Shown here piece after piece: positions 17,361-27,579 of a stretch of DNA of 62,592 nucleotides (its first letter is position 1; every line of letters starts with the position of its first letter). The stretch spans positions 1-62,592 of the forward strand of contig JAZRXB010000296.1 of NCBI GenBank assembly GCA_045600005.1, read 5' to 3'. The notes beneath the pieces were generated by a model that saw only the letters and a list, made by a program, of their open reading frames with translations, did not search any database and had not been told where the DNA came from. Source of the DNA: Eubacteriales bacterium (GTDB taxonomy: Bacteria; Bacillota; Clostridia; Oscillospirales; CAG-272). The translations under genes were made by a program, and so were the position numbers.

Positions 17361-18929
17361 TTGCTTGATATTATTATCAGCGTGATCGTATCCGTTGTCA
17401 TATGTATCCCGCTCGGCGTGTTCTTCGGCATCACTTACCGCAAGAAGGTAGGCGAGGCTGAGATCGGGTCCGCAGAGGAGCAGGCAAGGAAGATCATTGA
17501 AGAAGGCGAAAAAACCGCTGAAAGCACACGAAAAGAGGCGGAAAACCGTAAAAAAGAAGCTCTGATCGAGGCAAAAGAGGAAATTATCCGCCAGAAAAAC
17601 GACGCGGAGCATGAAATCACCGAGCGCCGCGCGGAGCTTTCCAGAATGGAAGCCCGTCTGACCAAGAAAGAAGAGCAGGTCGAACGGAAGCTCGAAAATC
17701 TCGAACACAAGGAAGAAGCGCTCAACAAAAAGATCAAGGAATGCACCGATACGCAGGCCGAGATCGAAGCGATCAAGGCAAAGCATCTGGAAACGCTCGA
17801 AAAGATCGCCGGCATGACCGCTGAGGAAGCGACGGCGCAGATCGTATCCCGCATCGACGAAGAGGTGAAGCACGAAACCGCGCAGAAGCTCATCGAATAC
17901 GAGCAGCAGTTTAAGGAAGAAGCCGATCAGAAGGCAAAGAACATTCTGGCGCTCGCCATTCAGCGCTGCGCATCCGATACGGTCGCCGAGGCGACGGTTT
18001 CGGTCGTCGCTCTGCCGAACGACGAGATGAAGGGACGCATCATCGGACGCGAGGGCCGCAACATTCACGCCATCGAAGCGATGACCGGCGTCGACCTCAT
18101 CATCGACGACACGCCCGAAGCCATCACGCTGTCGAGCTTCGACCCGGTCCGCCGCGAGGTCGCCCGCATCGCGCTCGAAAAGCTGATCGCCGACGGACGC
18201 ATCCATCCCGCCCGCATCGAGGAAATGGTCGAAAAAGCCCGCCGCGACGTCGAAGCGATGATCAAGCAGGCAGGCGAACGCGCAACCTTTGAAACCGGCA
18301 TCCACGGTCTCAGCATCGACATGATCAACCTGCTCGGACGGCTGAAATTCCGTACCAGCTACGGGCAGAACGTCTTAATGCACTCCATCGAGGTCGCAAC
18401 GCTCTCCGGCATGATCGCCGATGAGCTTGGCGTGGACAGCACGCTCGCCAAGCGCGCGGGTCTGCTGCACGATATCGGCAAGGCGCTCACGCAGGAGATC
18501 GAAGGCTCTCACGCACAGCTCGGTGTGGACATCGCCAGGAAGTTCAAGGAGAACAAAGAAGTCATTCACGCCATCGAAGCGCATCACAACGACGTGGAAC
18601 CGCAGACGATCACCGCGATCATCGTACAGGCGGCGGATGCGATCTCGGCAGCCCGTCCCGGCGCAAGATGCGAAGATCTTGAAAATTACATCAAGCGTTT
18701 GCAGAAGCTCGAAGAAATCACATACAGCTTCCCCGGCGTGGAAAAGGCGTTCGCTATTCAGGCAGGACGCGAGGTCCGCATCGCGGTCAAGCCGGAGGAA
18801 GTCAACGACGAGCAGATGGCGGTCATCGCCCGCGAGATCGTGAAGAAGATCGAAGCGGAGCTTCAGTACCCCGGTCAGATCAAGGTCCACATGATCCGCG
18901 AAAGCAGAGCGATCGAATACGCAAAATAA
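17361..18929 (+). CDS. rny: ribonuclease Y
   Basis: TTG start after RBS AAGGAGG. N-terminal TM helix, coiled-coil K/E region, KH motif [11 protein letters not shown] and HD motif LLHDIGKA. Confidence 0.95.
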   Translation: MLDIIISVIVSVVICIPLGVFFGITYRKKVGEAEIGSAEEQARKIIEEGEKTAESTRKEAENRKKEALIEAKEEIIRQKNDAEHEITERRAELSRMEARLTKKEEQVERKLENLEHKEEALNKKIKECTDTQAEIEAIKAKHLETLEKIAGMTAEEATAQIVSRIDEEVKHETAQKLIEYEQQFKEEADQKAKNILALAIQRCASDTVAEATVSVVALPNDEMKGRIIGREGRNIHAIEAMTGVDLIIDDTPEAITLSSFDPVRREVARIALEKLIADGRIHPARIEEMVEKARRDVEAMIKQAGERATFETGIHGLSIDMINLLGRLKFRTSYGQNVLMHSIEVATLSGMIADELGVDSTLAKRAGLLHDIGKALTQEIEGSHAQLGVDIARKFKENKEVIHAIEAHHNDVEPQTITAIIVQAADAISAARPGARCEDLENYIKRLQKLEEITYSFPGVEKAFAIQAGREVRIAVKPEEVNDEQMAVIAREIVKKIEAELQYPGQIKVHMIRESRAIEYAK

Positions 18930-19066
18930 CCCGCATGATCAGAGACAAAAGCAGGCATCTTTGGTGAGATAAGTTCGAAAGGCAGAACCGAGCCGCAAGG
19001 CGAGGGATAGACATAGATTGAACCGAACCTGAGACGAAATATAGCTTTGCGCTTTGATATAGATTT

Positions 19067-19123
19067 CAGAAAGCACCGGTCAGACGGTTTCCGATGGGAA
19101 ACGGCTCTGACCGGTGCTTTCTG
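19067..19123. repeat. 57-nt near-perfect hairpin: about 26-bp stem with one bulge and loop GATG
   Basis: CAGAAAGCACCGGTCAGACGGTTTCC / GGAAACGGCTCTGACCGGTGCTTTCTG. No U-tract follows on either strand. Confidence 0.85.
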
Positions 19124-19141
19124 ATAGGAGACTCCCGACCA

Positions 19142-19174
19142 AAATCCCCCGAAGGGAGACCCTTCGGGGGATTT
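19142..19174. terminator. intrinsic terminator with 14-bp stem AAATCCCCCGAAGG/CCTTCGGGGGATTT
   Basis: On the minus strand the hairpin is followed by UUUU, directly downstream of the stop of the 19205-19978 gene. Confidence 0.8.
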
Positions 19175-19204
19175 CTGCTATGAAGAAAGGAGAAGATCGT
19201 CGAA

Positions 19205-19978
19205 TTATCTGTGCTTGTTCTTTCTGATGCCGACATAGGAAGCTGCCATCAGCAGAGCTGCGGTCGGGACGATCATATCGAACGTTGCAGCTGCCTTCGC
19301 GGTGGAAGCGGCGGCCGTTTCTGCTGCCTTCGGAAGCTCAACCGATTTGGAGGAAAGGGTGTACTTGGTGGGGGTAGTTCTCAGATAAACCATCTTGGCG
19401 CCTTCGGCTTCGATCTGGTTGTTGATCTGGAGCGCGTAAACGATGGCGTCGCCGGCCTTCTTGCCCTGGATCGGAATCGCGATCTCAACGACGTAGCTCT
19501 TGTCGGCGTGGGTCGCCTTCAGGATACCGTCCTTGATGCTGTCGCCGCCGTAGAGCTTCTTGCCCCATGCGTCGCCCGCGATCTTGTACGGGTCGGAAAC
19601 CGCGGTGATGGCGGCGGCGAAGTCAACGTAATCTTCCACGTTGTCGTTCTGCCAGAAGTTCGTGCCGGTTGCAAAATAGCTGTCCGCACGGGTCATCAGC
19701 GTGTTGTCGGTGACGGTGGTGCACATATAGAGATACTTGTCGTCATACAGGATGTAGGTGATGCCTCTCATTTCAGACGCCTTGGTGACGTCCGCGCCGG
19801 AAACGGGATTCAGCTTGGCACCCTGGCTGTCAACCATGACGCTCTGCTTGTAAATGTCGTCGAGCTTGCCGTCCAGAGTAGGCGTGCCTTTGAGGATTTC
19901 CGTTCCGGCTGCGGAGACGGAAAGACCCGAAGCGAGGATGCAGGAAGCCGCTAAGAGTGCCGCGAGTAATTTCTTCAT
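19205..19978 (-). CDS. secreted, C-terminally membrane-anchored protein; possibly a CBM9/DOMON-like sugar-binding fold
   Basis: Signal peptide MKKLLAALLAASCILASGLSVSA, LDGKLDD motif, and a C-terminal hydrophobic helix plus RKNKHR. ATG 19978 follows RBS GGAGGA; the track start at 19999 is a TTG. Confidence 0.6.
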   Translation of the reverse strand: MKKLLAALLAASCILASGLSVSAAGTEILKGTPTLDGKLDDIYKQSVMVDSQGAKLNPVSGADVTKASEMRGITYILYDDKYLYMCTTVTDNTLMTRADSYFATGTNFWQNDNVEDYVDFAAAITAVSDPYKIAGDAWGKKLYGGDSIKDGILKATHADKSYVVEIAIPIQGKKAGDAIVYALQINNQIEAEGAKMVYLRTTPTKYTLSSKSVELPKAAETAAASTAKAAATFDMIVPTAALLMAASYVGIRKNKHR

Positions 19979-20014
19979 GATAAAATTCCTCCGTTTCAAA
20001 TTTGCCGGATGTTC

Positions 20015-20043
20015 TTGACATCCGTGCTATAAACTATTATAAT
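20015..20043 (+). promoter_or_regulatory. sigma-A promoter (TTGACA-17-TATAAT) for the AraC-family gene
   Basis: TTGACA at 20015-20020 and TATAAT at 20038-20043. The -10 lies in the palindrome CTATTATAATAG, which also reads TATAAT on the minus strand. Confidence 0.75.
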
Positions 20044-20124
20044 AGAAATGTGGGGAAAAGTAAATAGAATAAATTGACATAACTGTTTGAAAAATGAACA
20101 TTGTGACGAAGGATGTGAACAAAA

Positions 20125-21021
20125 ATGGTTAATCAGACGGTCAAACGGAATATTTATAACGAAGAAGTTTATTATCTGCACAGCGGGATCAATGATTTTT
20201 TCACCGTATTTCATTTCGGACGGACCATGCCGGACGTCTCTTATCTGACCGTACACGGTTCGGCGTCGCCGTACCACATCCTTGAATTCGTGAACAGCGG
20301 CGTCGGTTATATCGAAAACGGGAAAACCGTTGAGAAAGTGACGGCAGGGGATTTCTACTGCCTGAACAAGCTGGCAGACGCGCGGTTTTATTCGGATCAT
20401 GAGACGCCTTACGACAAGTTCTTCCTGAGTCTGTACGGCGAGCTGCCGGATCATCTTGTGTCGGCTTTTTACGGAGACAAGCCGTACCATATTTTTCATG
20501 CAGGCGATAACGCGGGGGAATATGCCGCGCTGTTCGGGAAGCTGCGCGGGCTGTTATGCTGGGATATACCGGACCTCTCAAGCAGAAATCTGATGGAGGT
20601 ATCGAATCTGGTCTTTCGGATGATGAGCCTTTCGGCGGAGGAGCTTCACTACGGTACGCTGATGGGCGAACCGACGCTGGCGGACGAGCTGAGACGTTAT
20701 TTCGACAGCTCGCTGACAAAAGAGCAGAATCTGACCGAAGCGGCGGCGGAATTCAGCATCAGCGTCACGCATCTCATCCGGGTGTTCAAGGAAAAATACA
20801 ACGTCACGCCCAAGCAGTATATCATGAAGCGGAGGATCGCGGCGGCGCGTCTGATGCTGAGCGACACGTCGATGACCGTGCAGCAGATCGCGGAAAAGCT
20901 GTGCTTTTCCGATTCCAACTATTTTTCCGTCGTTTTCCGCCGCTACACCGACATGACGCCGAGCGAGTATCGGAGCCGCGAAGATTGGAAAAACTACATC
21001 GTGAATTATACGCCGCAATAA
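20125..21021 (+). CDS. AraC-family transcriptional regulator
   Basis: The C-terminal double HTH (ISVTHLIRVFKEKYNVTPKQYIMKRRIAAARLML...FSDSNYFSVVFRRYTDMTPSEYR) follows an N-terminal cupin-like sensor domain. Confidence 0.92.
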   Translation: MVNQTVKRNIYNEEVYYLHSGINDFFTVFHFGRTMPDVSYLTVHGSASPYHILEFVNSGVGYIENGKTVEKVTAGDFYCLNKLADARFYSDHETPYDKFFLSLYGELPDHLVSAFYGDKPYHIFHAGDNAGEYAALFGKLRGLLCWDIPDLSSRNLMEVSNLVFRMMSLSAEELHYGTLMGEPTLADELRRYFDSSLTKEQNLTEAAAEFSISVTHLIRVFKEKYNVTPKQYIMKRRIAAARLMLSDTSMTVQQIAEKLCFSDSNYFSVVFRRYTDMTPSEYRSREDWKNYIVNYTPQ

Positions 21022-21024
21022 AAA

Positions 21025-21045
21025 ACGCCCCGGCGGGCGTTTTTT
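21025..21045. terminator. bidirectional intrinsic terminator
   Basis: A-run, stem ACGCCC-CGGC-GGGCGT, then T-run 21041-21045. It sits between convergent genes. Confidence 0.75.
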
Positions 21046-21078
21046 ATTGCGGCTATATACTTTTGTGCATGGAAACGG

Positions 21079-21525
21079 TCATGTGCCGCTTTGGGGCGCG
21101 CTGTCGTTCCGGACGGCTTCGAGGGGATCTGCCGATAACTGTTCCAGCACGTCGGCGTAGGCGAGCCGGAACAGCTCGTCCGCGCGTCCGGTCTGACCGG
21201 TCAGGTCGAGATAGCCGAACAGCGCTTCCATGCCGGTTGCGCGGCGGTATTCCTGCGCGGTGGCGCTCTTCGGAATGGAAATGCCGTGCGCGTTCCGCCC
21301 GCGCTTGAAAATATACAGCTCGTCCTCGGTGAGGAAGGGGAGGATCTTTTCGATCCCGGCACTCTGGGCGGAGGCTTTGACGAAGCGGAGCGCGAGACGG
21401 CTGAGCGCGCCGCCGTCGCCCGTGCCGAGCGTCAGCAGCGTGCGCCGTACCAGCACTTCCAGCACGGCGTCGCCGAGATAAGCCAGCGTGGACCCGCTCA
21501 GCTCACGTGTGATATCCTGATTCAT
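21079..21525 (-). CDS. mrnC: mini-ribonuclease III
   Basis: LAYLGDAVLEVLVR and FKRGRNA motifs. ATG 21525 follows RBS GAAAGGA; the track start at 21570 is probably an upstream extension. Confidence 0.85.
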   Translation of the reverse strand: MNQDITRELSGSTLAYLGDAVLEVLVRRTLLTLGTGDGGALSRLALRFVKASAQSAGIEKILPFLTEDELYIFKRGRNAHGISIPKSATAQEYRRATGMEALFGYLDLTGQTGRADELFRLAYADVLEQLSADPLEAVRNDSAPQSGT

Positions 21526-21617
21526 GGGGATCCTTTCTGTCTGTGACGGTGATGCGGCGGAAAACGCCATATATTCAGGCGCTTTTGTGCCGAAAAAACG
21601 GTCTGTCAGGCGTATCC

Positions 21618-23237
21618 TTACTTTCTTTCGATGAGGACGTCTTCGCAGTCCGCCTTGCCGCAGCCGGTCAGGCGGACGGTCATCGCACCGCTGTCGGTCC
21701 GGCGGCAGTTCTTCATCGTGACGCTGCGCGCATGCTCCGCCGTGACCGGAACGGAGTCGTCGAAGGTGCAGTTTTCAAGGTCGATATCGCCGTGATAATA
21801 CGGCTGCCGTTCGGTCGGAACGAATTCCGGGCAGGAGCGGATCACGGCGCGGGAGGTGCGGAACGCCGTATCGCGCACCTTGAAATGCTCGCAGGGGCTG
21901 GATTCGTACCAGTAGGTCATGTCGCCGGTCAGAAGGAACGGCGCTTCGGTCTCGGTGTTTTCGATCAGGATATCCCCGCGGCTCTGGAAACGAAGATGCG
22001 AATTGCATTTTCCGAAGCGGCAGTTCCGAATGGTGATGCGGCACTGCGTGGAGAGGTTTTCGATCACGTCGTTTTCCTCATGCGATTCGACGGGACGGTC
22101 GAGCGTGAAGCGGACGCGCTTTTCGGCGACCGGTTCGACCGAGAGAAGGGTGTATTCCGCCGCCGGCTCCTGCGTGTGACCATGGCAGACGCGGATGCGG
22201 TCTCCCGCAAGGAACAGCGGCGTCTGTGCGATCGGTTCAAGGCAGGTCTCGGCGGTGATCGTACTGCCGGATACGCTCTTTAACGAATAGAAATTGCTGT
22301 GAATGTTCAGGATATCGTCGATGGTCCCTTCGACCACGCTGTCGCGGATGACGAACTCGCCGGAGCAGGCGAAGGCATGGATGCCGTCGGCGGCGTTGGC
22401 GATGATGCTCGGCGACTGTTCGTCGAAGGTCATGCGGATGCGGTCGAGGGTGACATTCTCACAGTGGAACGGGAAGATGCCCATGCCGGTCCCGTTCAGG
22501 ATCCGGTAGTCGGTCAGCGTCACGTTTTTGCAGCAGACCATCTGGATGTTCGAGATATTGCGCCGCTCGTGACCGATGACAGCCAGCTGTCCCGGACGAA
22601 GGTCGGACGGGATCGGGACCTCGCCCTTCTTTGTGAGGACGAGCAGACCGTTCTCCTCGGAGACCGCGAACTGCACGGTGGACTTTGCCCACGGCAGCGA
22701 CGGGTCGATCTGAGGGTTTTTGCCGAAGATGACGAGGTGGATGCCTCTGCCCTGACGGGTCGCGGCGTCGAAATTCTGGAGGAACATCGGCGCTTTATCG
22801 AGGTCGCGGTTCTCCCACGTATCGCTGACGATGACAAGCTCGCCGTCCTCAACGCGGTAGGGGAAATCCGAACCGATCTTCAACACGAGCCGCTCCGCGT
22901 CCGACGAGACGATCTCGCCCTGCGTATAGGGGCAGCGGTCGTACCGGACGGTCACGTTCCGGACAGAGACGTTTTCGCAGCCGTCGAGCAGGAAGGGCTG
23001 GATCTTCCCGTGCAGCGTCAGCACCGCGCCGCCGAAGTCCAGCGTGACGTTTTTCAGGTTCCTGAGGTAAAACACGGTATGGAGCGGGTCGCCGTGTCCT
23101 CTTAAATAATAGCGCGGGTCGTCGGCGAGGATCGTGTCTTTTTCGGCAAAATCATAGGCGGGACGATCCGCGCGGTAAACGGTGTCGTCCTCAAAATGAT
23201 GATCGAGCGGAAGAACAGCGTATTTCATATGTATCAT
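21618..23237 (-). CDS. right-handed parallel beta-helix repeat protein (pectin-lyase-fold-like), function unknown
   Basis: Periodic C/K-x-N-V-T/S turns (LKNVTLDF, CENVSVRNVTV, CKNVTLTD, CENVTLDR, IRNCRF, LENCTF, MKNCRR). No signal peptide is seen. Confidence 0.5.
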   Translation of the reverse strand: MIHMKYAVLPLDHHFEDDTVYRADRPAYDFAEKDTILADDPRYYLRGHGDPLHTVFYLRNLKNVTLDFGGAVLTLHGKIQPFLLDGCENVSVRNVTVRYDRCPYTQGEIVSSDAERLVLKIGSDFPYRVEDGELVIVSDTWENRDLDKAPMFLQNFDAATRQGRGIHLVIFGKNPQIDPSLPWAKSTVQFAVSEENGLLVLTKKGEVPIPSDLRPGQLAVIGHERRNISNIQMVCCKNVTLTDYRILNGTGMGIFPFHCENVTLDRIRMTFDEQSPSIIANAADGIHAFACSGEFVIRDSVVEGTIDDILNIHSNFYSLKSVSGSTITAETCLEPIAQTPLFLAGDRIRVCHGHTQEPAAEYTLLSVEPVAEKRVRFTLDRPVESHEENDVIENLSTQCRITIRNCRFGKCNSHLRFQSRGDILIENTETEAPFLLTGDMTYWYESSPCEHFKVRDTAFRTSRAVIRSCPEFVPTERQPYYHGDIDLENCTFDDSVPVTAEHARSVTMKNCRRTDSGAMTVRLTGCGKADCEDVLIERK

Positions 23238-23284
23238 TCATGGCTTTCGCCCATGCGAAAGCGCTCCCTTTCTGCGAAAACATG

Positions 23285-23315
23285 AAGCGGGTCCCCGTTC
23301 CCCGGAAACCCGCTT
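23285..23315 (-). terminator. intrinsic terminator after the transglutaminase gene
   Basis: On the minus strand, AAGCGGGT-15 nt-ACCCGCTT is followed by CATGTTTT. Confidence 0.6.
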
Positions 23316-23319
23316 TCCA

Positions 23320-26238
23320 TTATACCACATCCGTGCGGTTTTTGCAAGACGGCAGGTAGAAATAATGCAGATAGAGCTTTCCGAACACGTTTGAGCCGCG
23401 CGCGATATAATCGTGCAGCTCACGCGCATAGTCGGCAAGCAGATCGAGACGTTCGCGCGGGATCGACAGGGCGAATTCGCCTGCCATCATCGCATCGGAC
23501 ACGACCGAGAAGGATTCGTGCGTGAACTGTCCCAGCTCACCCTCCACCCGTTCGGCAAAGGCGTGCTGATGCTCGCCCGGCTGAGGCGACAGTCTGCGGA
23601 ACGCCAGCAGACGGAGGATCAGCTCGTTGAACTCTGCGGCGAGCTTCATGCGCGTGCCGTTGTCGAGGACCCGCTCGGACGCCAGCTTGAGAAGAGCGCT
23701 GCGCCGCGTTTCGGCACGTTCGGCGCGCTTTTTCAGCCACAGGATAAAGAACGTGACGCAGACGGCGGCGGCAAGCAGAACGATCAGCACCGGAAGAAGC
23801 GTCTGAAGGAGCGGCTCGTCTTCGGTTTCCGTGTCGATGTCGGTCGGATCCTCCGGTTCTTCCTCCATGAGATCGTCGGGATCGGGCGCGGTGTAGTGCG
23901 TGCTGACCTGCGCCTGATACGGACGGTACATATCGTCGTAGTATGCCGAGGTCGCTTCATACTGCACCCAGCCGTAGCCGTCGTAGTAGACTTCGATCCA
24001 TGCGTGCGCGTCATAGTCGCGCACCGTCGTGATATAGCGGGCAGCGGCGTTCTTGTCGGTCAGACGGATGAATTCGTCCGCGATGTAGCCCTCTGCGTAG
24101 CGGGCGGGAATGCCGAGCGTGCGCAGCATCATGACTGCCGAGGTCGCAAACTGGACGCAGTAGCCTTCCTTCGTGTCGAATAAGAAGGTCTCCGCCGCGT
24201 TCAGGTAGGGGCGTTCGGGGTCGGGGTCCTTCGCTTCGAGCGTGTAGGTCATGTTTTCGGACAGATAGTCGATGATCGCCATGACCTGCATATCGCGGAG
24301 GCTGAATTCAAAGGCGTAGTCGGAGGGAGGAGAGGTGCGGAAGAATTCTATGAGCTGCCTGTTAAAATCGTTCTGATTCAGGATCCCCGCCGCAAGATCA
24401 CGGAATTCCGCCGCGCCTTCGCTGACGGTCATGTAGTTGGCGTAGACGTAGTTCTGATAATTTTGCCGGTCTTTGAGCAGACGGTCGACCACGGCGCGCT
24501 GCTCATCGTCCATGTCGTAGGCGTAGCGGTACCAGAGCGCGTCGTTCTGAGCGGAGCTGACGCCGGTCGGCGTTTCACCGAACAGCGGGATCCCGCGCCG
24601 CGCATAGGTGATCGACAGCAGGGAGACCGCGTTTTCATAGGCGTCTGTCAGCTCGTTTCCCGACAGGCCGGAGTCCCTTAACATCTGATACTGTGCGATG
24701 CAGGCTGCCTGACCGTCGAAATAGCTCATCAGCTCGCCGAGATTGTAAGCGAATTCCCGGTCGCGCAGAAGCGGCAGCTGGGCGATCGTCGAGTAATCGT
24801 CGAGGAACAGATAGGGCGCGGAGGTATAGATGCCGTCGTAGTAGTTGACGTAGTGCAGATCGATCGGCGTGCGGGAGCCGTGCTCCATCAGACGCAGACG
24901 CTGGTTGCTGTAAGACGGCATGAAGATCATGTTGTTCGTCGGCTTCTGCTTTTTGATGTGGACCTGCTCGGTGACATAACCGTATTCGAGATGCGATTTG
25001 TAGCCGGAGGTCTCGGGAAGCTCGACAAGCGACGGATTCATCGCGTACAGCAGATCGGACGTCATGCGCTCGGGAGTGAAATCCTCGCCGAACAGACGGC
25101 GGTATTCGGCGATCTTATCGTATTCCGGCGAATGCCAGCTGTCCTCCGAATAATCGGCTCCCGTCCAGCTGCGCAGGTAGACCGGCACGGCGTTGTCGAT
25201 CATGACCTCGAAGATCTTCTCGCCGGTATAGTGGCGGTTCTGCGCGGCGGTCGAACGGCTGTCGAGCGAAGCGCCCGAGAACAGCATACTGGACAGGTCG
25301 GGTTCGTCGCCCTGTGCGACGGCGTTCAGATAATTCTCGATCTTGAGCGCGGGCTGAGAGATCGACGGAATGTCCTTCATGCTGTTTTTGACTTTTGCGG
25401 GGAAGAAGAACAACAGCAGCGTCAGAAGCGCCGCGCCGAGACCCGTGAAGCCGCCCATCGCGGAACCGGCGCGGAACCGGCGCAGATATTCGGCGCGCTG
25501 TCCGGCGGGAGCTTCGGACGGCGCGGCGTCCTGACGGATGACGCGCTTTTTGAGGTAAATGCGGTCGTAGGCGGAGAGCGCGAGGAGCCCGGCGAAGACT
25601 GACAGGATCAGCGCCAGCCCCGAATTATCCGGCGCAAGACCGTAGTAAAGGCTGACCGTACACAGGACCGCGCCGATCAGGATCAGCGGGATCAGACGGG
25701 TGCGCTTGATCAGGCAGACGGCGATGACCGCGCCGAGCAGGATGGCAATCAGGGAAAACGCGAGCTGCTGACAGTCGGCTTCGGTCTTGTGAAGCTGTTT
25801 GAGGGAATAGGTAAAGTCAAGGACGTAGCGCTTCATGCCCGCGTAGCCGAGCGCGTCGAGCCGTCTGAAAAAGGCGTTATAAAGGGAGGTGGCGCTGAAA
25901 ATCAGGATATCGGGTACTTTTTCCGCTCTCAGAAAGAGCAATCCCGCTCCTGCCGTCAGGACCGTTCCGCCAAGGAAAAACCACTTGCTGATCCCCATCG
26001 CGCAGAACCAGACGGTCGGGAGAAGGCTCCAGAGAAAAACGGAGGAGCCGCTGACCTCCAGCGCCAGCGAATCGGTCAGAAAGGACAGAAAACTGTTAAG
26101 ACAGAGGAAGACGAGCCCGCTCCGGCACAGATAACCTATGACCTGCGCGGCTGTTCCGCCGCTCTGACGGTCAGCGGAGATCAGCTCGGCTTCGTCCGAT
26201 CTGGATTTGTGATTCGGATTCAACGATATTACCTCCAA
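23320..26238 (-). CDS. transglutaminase-domain membrane protein (TgpA-like)
   Basis: Multi-TM N-terminus and a transglutaminase core (GYCVQFATSAVMMLRTLGIPARYAEGY...DAHAWIEVYY), followed by a TM helix and a C-terminal helical domain. Confidence 0.88.
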   Translation of the reverse strand: MEVISLNPNHKSRSDEAELISADRQSGGTAAQVIGYLCRSGLVFLCLNSFLSFLTDSLALEVSGSSVFLWSLLPTVWFCAMGISKWFFLGGTVLTAGAGLLFLRAEKVPDILIFSATSLYNAFFRRLDALGYAGMKRYVLDFTYSLKQLHKTEADCQQLAFSLIAILLGAVIAVCLIKRTRLIPLILIGAVLCTVSLYYGLAPDNSGLALILSVFAGLLALSAYDRIYLKKRVIRQDAAPSEAPAGQRAEYLRRFRAGSAMGGFTGLGAALLTLLLFFFPAKVKNSMKDIPSISQPALKIENYLNAVAQGDEPDLSSMLFSGASLDSRSTAAQNRHYTGEKIFEVMIDNAVPVYLRSWTGADYSEDSWHSPEYDKIAEYRRLFGEDFTPERMTSDLLYAMNPSLVELPETSGYKSHLEYGYVTEQVHIKKQKPTNNMIFMPSYSNQRLRLMEHGSRTPIDLHYVNYYDGIYTSAPYLFLDDYSTIAQLPLLRDREFAYNLGELMSYFDGQAACIAQYQMLRDSGLSGNELTDAYENAVSLLSITYARRGIPLFGETPTGVSSAQNDALWYRYAYDMDDEQRAVVDRLLKDRQNYQNYVYANYMTVSEGAAEFRDLAAGILNQNDFNRQLIEFFRTSPPSDYAFEFSLRDMQVMAIIDYLSENMTYTLEAKDPDPERPYLNAAETFLFDTKEGYCVQFATSAVMMLRTLGIPARYAEGYIADEFIRLTDKNAAARYITTVRDYDAHAWIEVYYDGYGWVQYEATSAYYDDMYRPYQAQVSTHYTAPDPDDLMEEEPEDPTDIDTETEDEPLLQTLLPVLIVLLAAAVCVTFFILWLKKRAERAETRRSALLKLASERVLDNGTRMKLAAEFNELILRLLAFRRLSPQPGEHQHAFAERVEGELGQFTHESFSVVSDAMMAGEFALSIPRERLDLLADYARELHDYIARGSNVFGKLYLHYFYLPSCKNRTDVV

Positions 26239-26239
26239 A

Positions 26240-27577
26240 TCAGATTAAGCGTTCCGAGACCGTGAAGCCGGCGCTTCTCAGCTCGGAAAACCAACGGTCA
26301 AGCTGCTTTTCCGCCTCGTCGTCCGGGACGAAAAAGCGTCTGTCCGCGCACCAGACAAGCTCCAGCGCTTTCGCGCCGAGATGACGGTAGGCGTTTGCAA
26401 TGGAGATGTACTCCGCTGCGGCTGCCGCGTCGAGAAAAGCCGTGATGAAGATCAGCGAGGAGCCGGTCGCGTCGGCGATGAGGGAGGACAGCTCGGTCGG
26501 CTGATTCCCCCGCTCGATCAGCGGCGCTGCGGCAAAGCGGCGGAAGACCTGCTCGAAATCCTGCATAGTCGCCAGACGCACGGCTGCGGCGCGCAGGCTG
26601 CCCTGATCGCGGCGGAACCACGAGAGCGTCACGTCATTGCCTGCTTTCAGCTCGCGCAGCGTCGATGCGATGCAGTGCTCGATCACAAGATCCGCGCCAA
26701 GCTCGTCCGCGGTATCGGCGCATTCGGGCAGGGGAACGAACGAAGGCTTCGCGTCCGCATTCTCCGAAGCGGCGGCTTTGCGGTAATGCGGTTCCAGATC
26801 GCAGAACACGTAAACCGAGTTGCCGTTGTTCTTGGAGTATTCCCGAACCAGAAGGTCCTGCGATTTGGAGGACAGCTTCCAGTGAATGCTTTTGAGACTG
26901 TCGCCCTGCTCGTAGGAACGGATGTCGGAGGATTCGGTGTTGTCCGAGCCGCGCTGACGGATGACCGTCTGCGTGTTCAGGTCGCTTTCCGCCGACAGAG
27001 GACGCGGCGGCAGCGTGAGACGGCGCGGCATGACGAACACGGTCTCATAGCGTTCGAGCTTCACCCGCATCCGGACGACGCGGAACAGGTCGTATACGTA
27101 CAGGCATTTCACGCCCACGTCGTATTCGCCGCGGAAGCTGAAGCGCGCGCTGCGTCTGATCTCACAGCCGTTTTTCGGCGGCAGGGAAAGCGCGAAGCGG
27201 CGCTCTCCGCACCGGACGGCGGTTTCGCCGTCCGGGAGGAGCAGCTCGGCTTCGACGAACGGAAAAGGAAACAGGCTGTCGTTCGACAAAAGGACCGAAA
27301 AGGCGAGAGGGGTGTTTTTCTCCACCGTGTCGGCTTCGGTCCGGACCGATGCGCAGAGAAAGATCCGCGCCAGCACGAGCTGAACGACCACGCCGAGCGG
27401 CAGGATCAGCACGAACAGAAAGACCATGTAAGAGACCGGCAGCTTTAAGGACTGCGCGAATACCAGCGCGGCGGCCAGCAGGATCGGATAGAATACGACG
27501 TTCGCCGTGAAGGAAAAAGCGGGATGTCCGGACGGCTTCGGCTTTCGGGGAACCGTCTTCTTGAACGTCCGGCGCAT
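26240..27577 (-). CDS. DUF58-family protein (vWA-like partner of MoxR)
   Basis: Two N-terminal TM helices and the signature SDIRSYEQGDSLKSIHWKLSSKSQDLLVREY. Gaps to both neighbouring genes are only 1-2 nt. Confidence 0.85.
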   Translation of the reverse strand: MRRTFKKTVPRKPKPSGHPAFSFTANVVFYPILLAAALVFAQSLKLPVSYMVFLFVLILPLGVVVQLVLARIFLCASVRTEADTVEKNTPLAFSVLLSNDSLFPFPFVEAELLLPDGETAVRCGERRFALSLPPKNGCEIRRSARFSFRGEYDVGVKCLYVYDLFRVVRMRVKLERYETVFVMPRRLTLPPRPLSAESDLNTQTVIRQRGSDNTESSDIRSYEQGDSLKSIHWKLSSKSQDLLVREYSKNNGNSVYVFCDLEPHYRKAAASENADAKPSFVPLPECADTADELGADLVIEHCIASTLRELKAGNDVTLSWFRRDQGSLRAAAVRLATMQDFEQVFRRFAAAPLIERGNQPTELSSLIADATGSSLIFITAFLDAAAAAEYISIANAYRHLGAKALELVWCADRRFFVPDDEAEKQLDRWFSELRSAGFTVSERLI

Positions 27578-27579
27578 GG

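Noticed and set aside
19232-19300. The C-terminus of the CBM9-like protein as a sortase (LPXTG) sorting signal.
   Set aside because: Only LPKAAE is present, it lies 16 residues before the hydrophobic segment, and there is no T-G. I call it a plain C-terminal membrane anchor.
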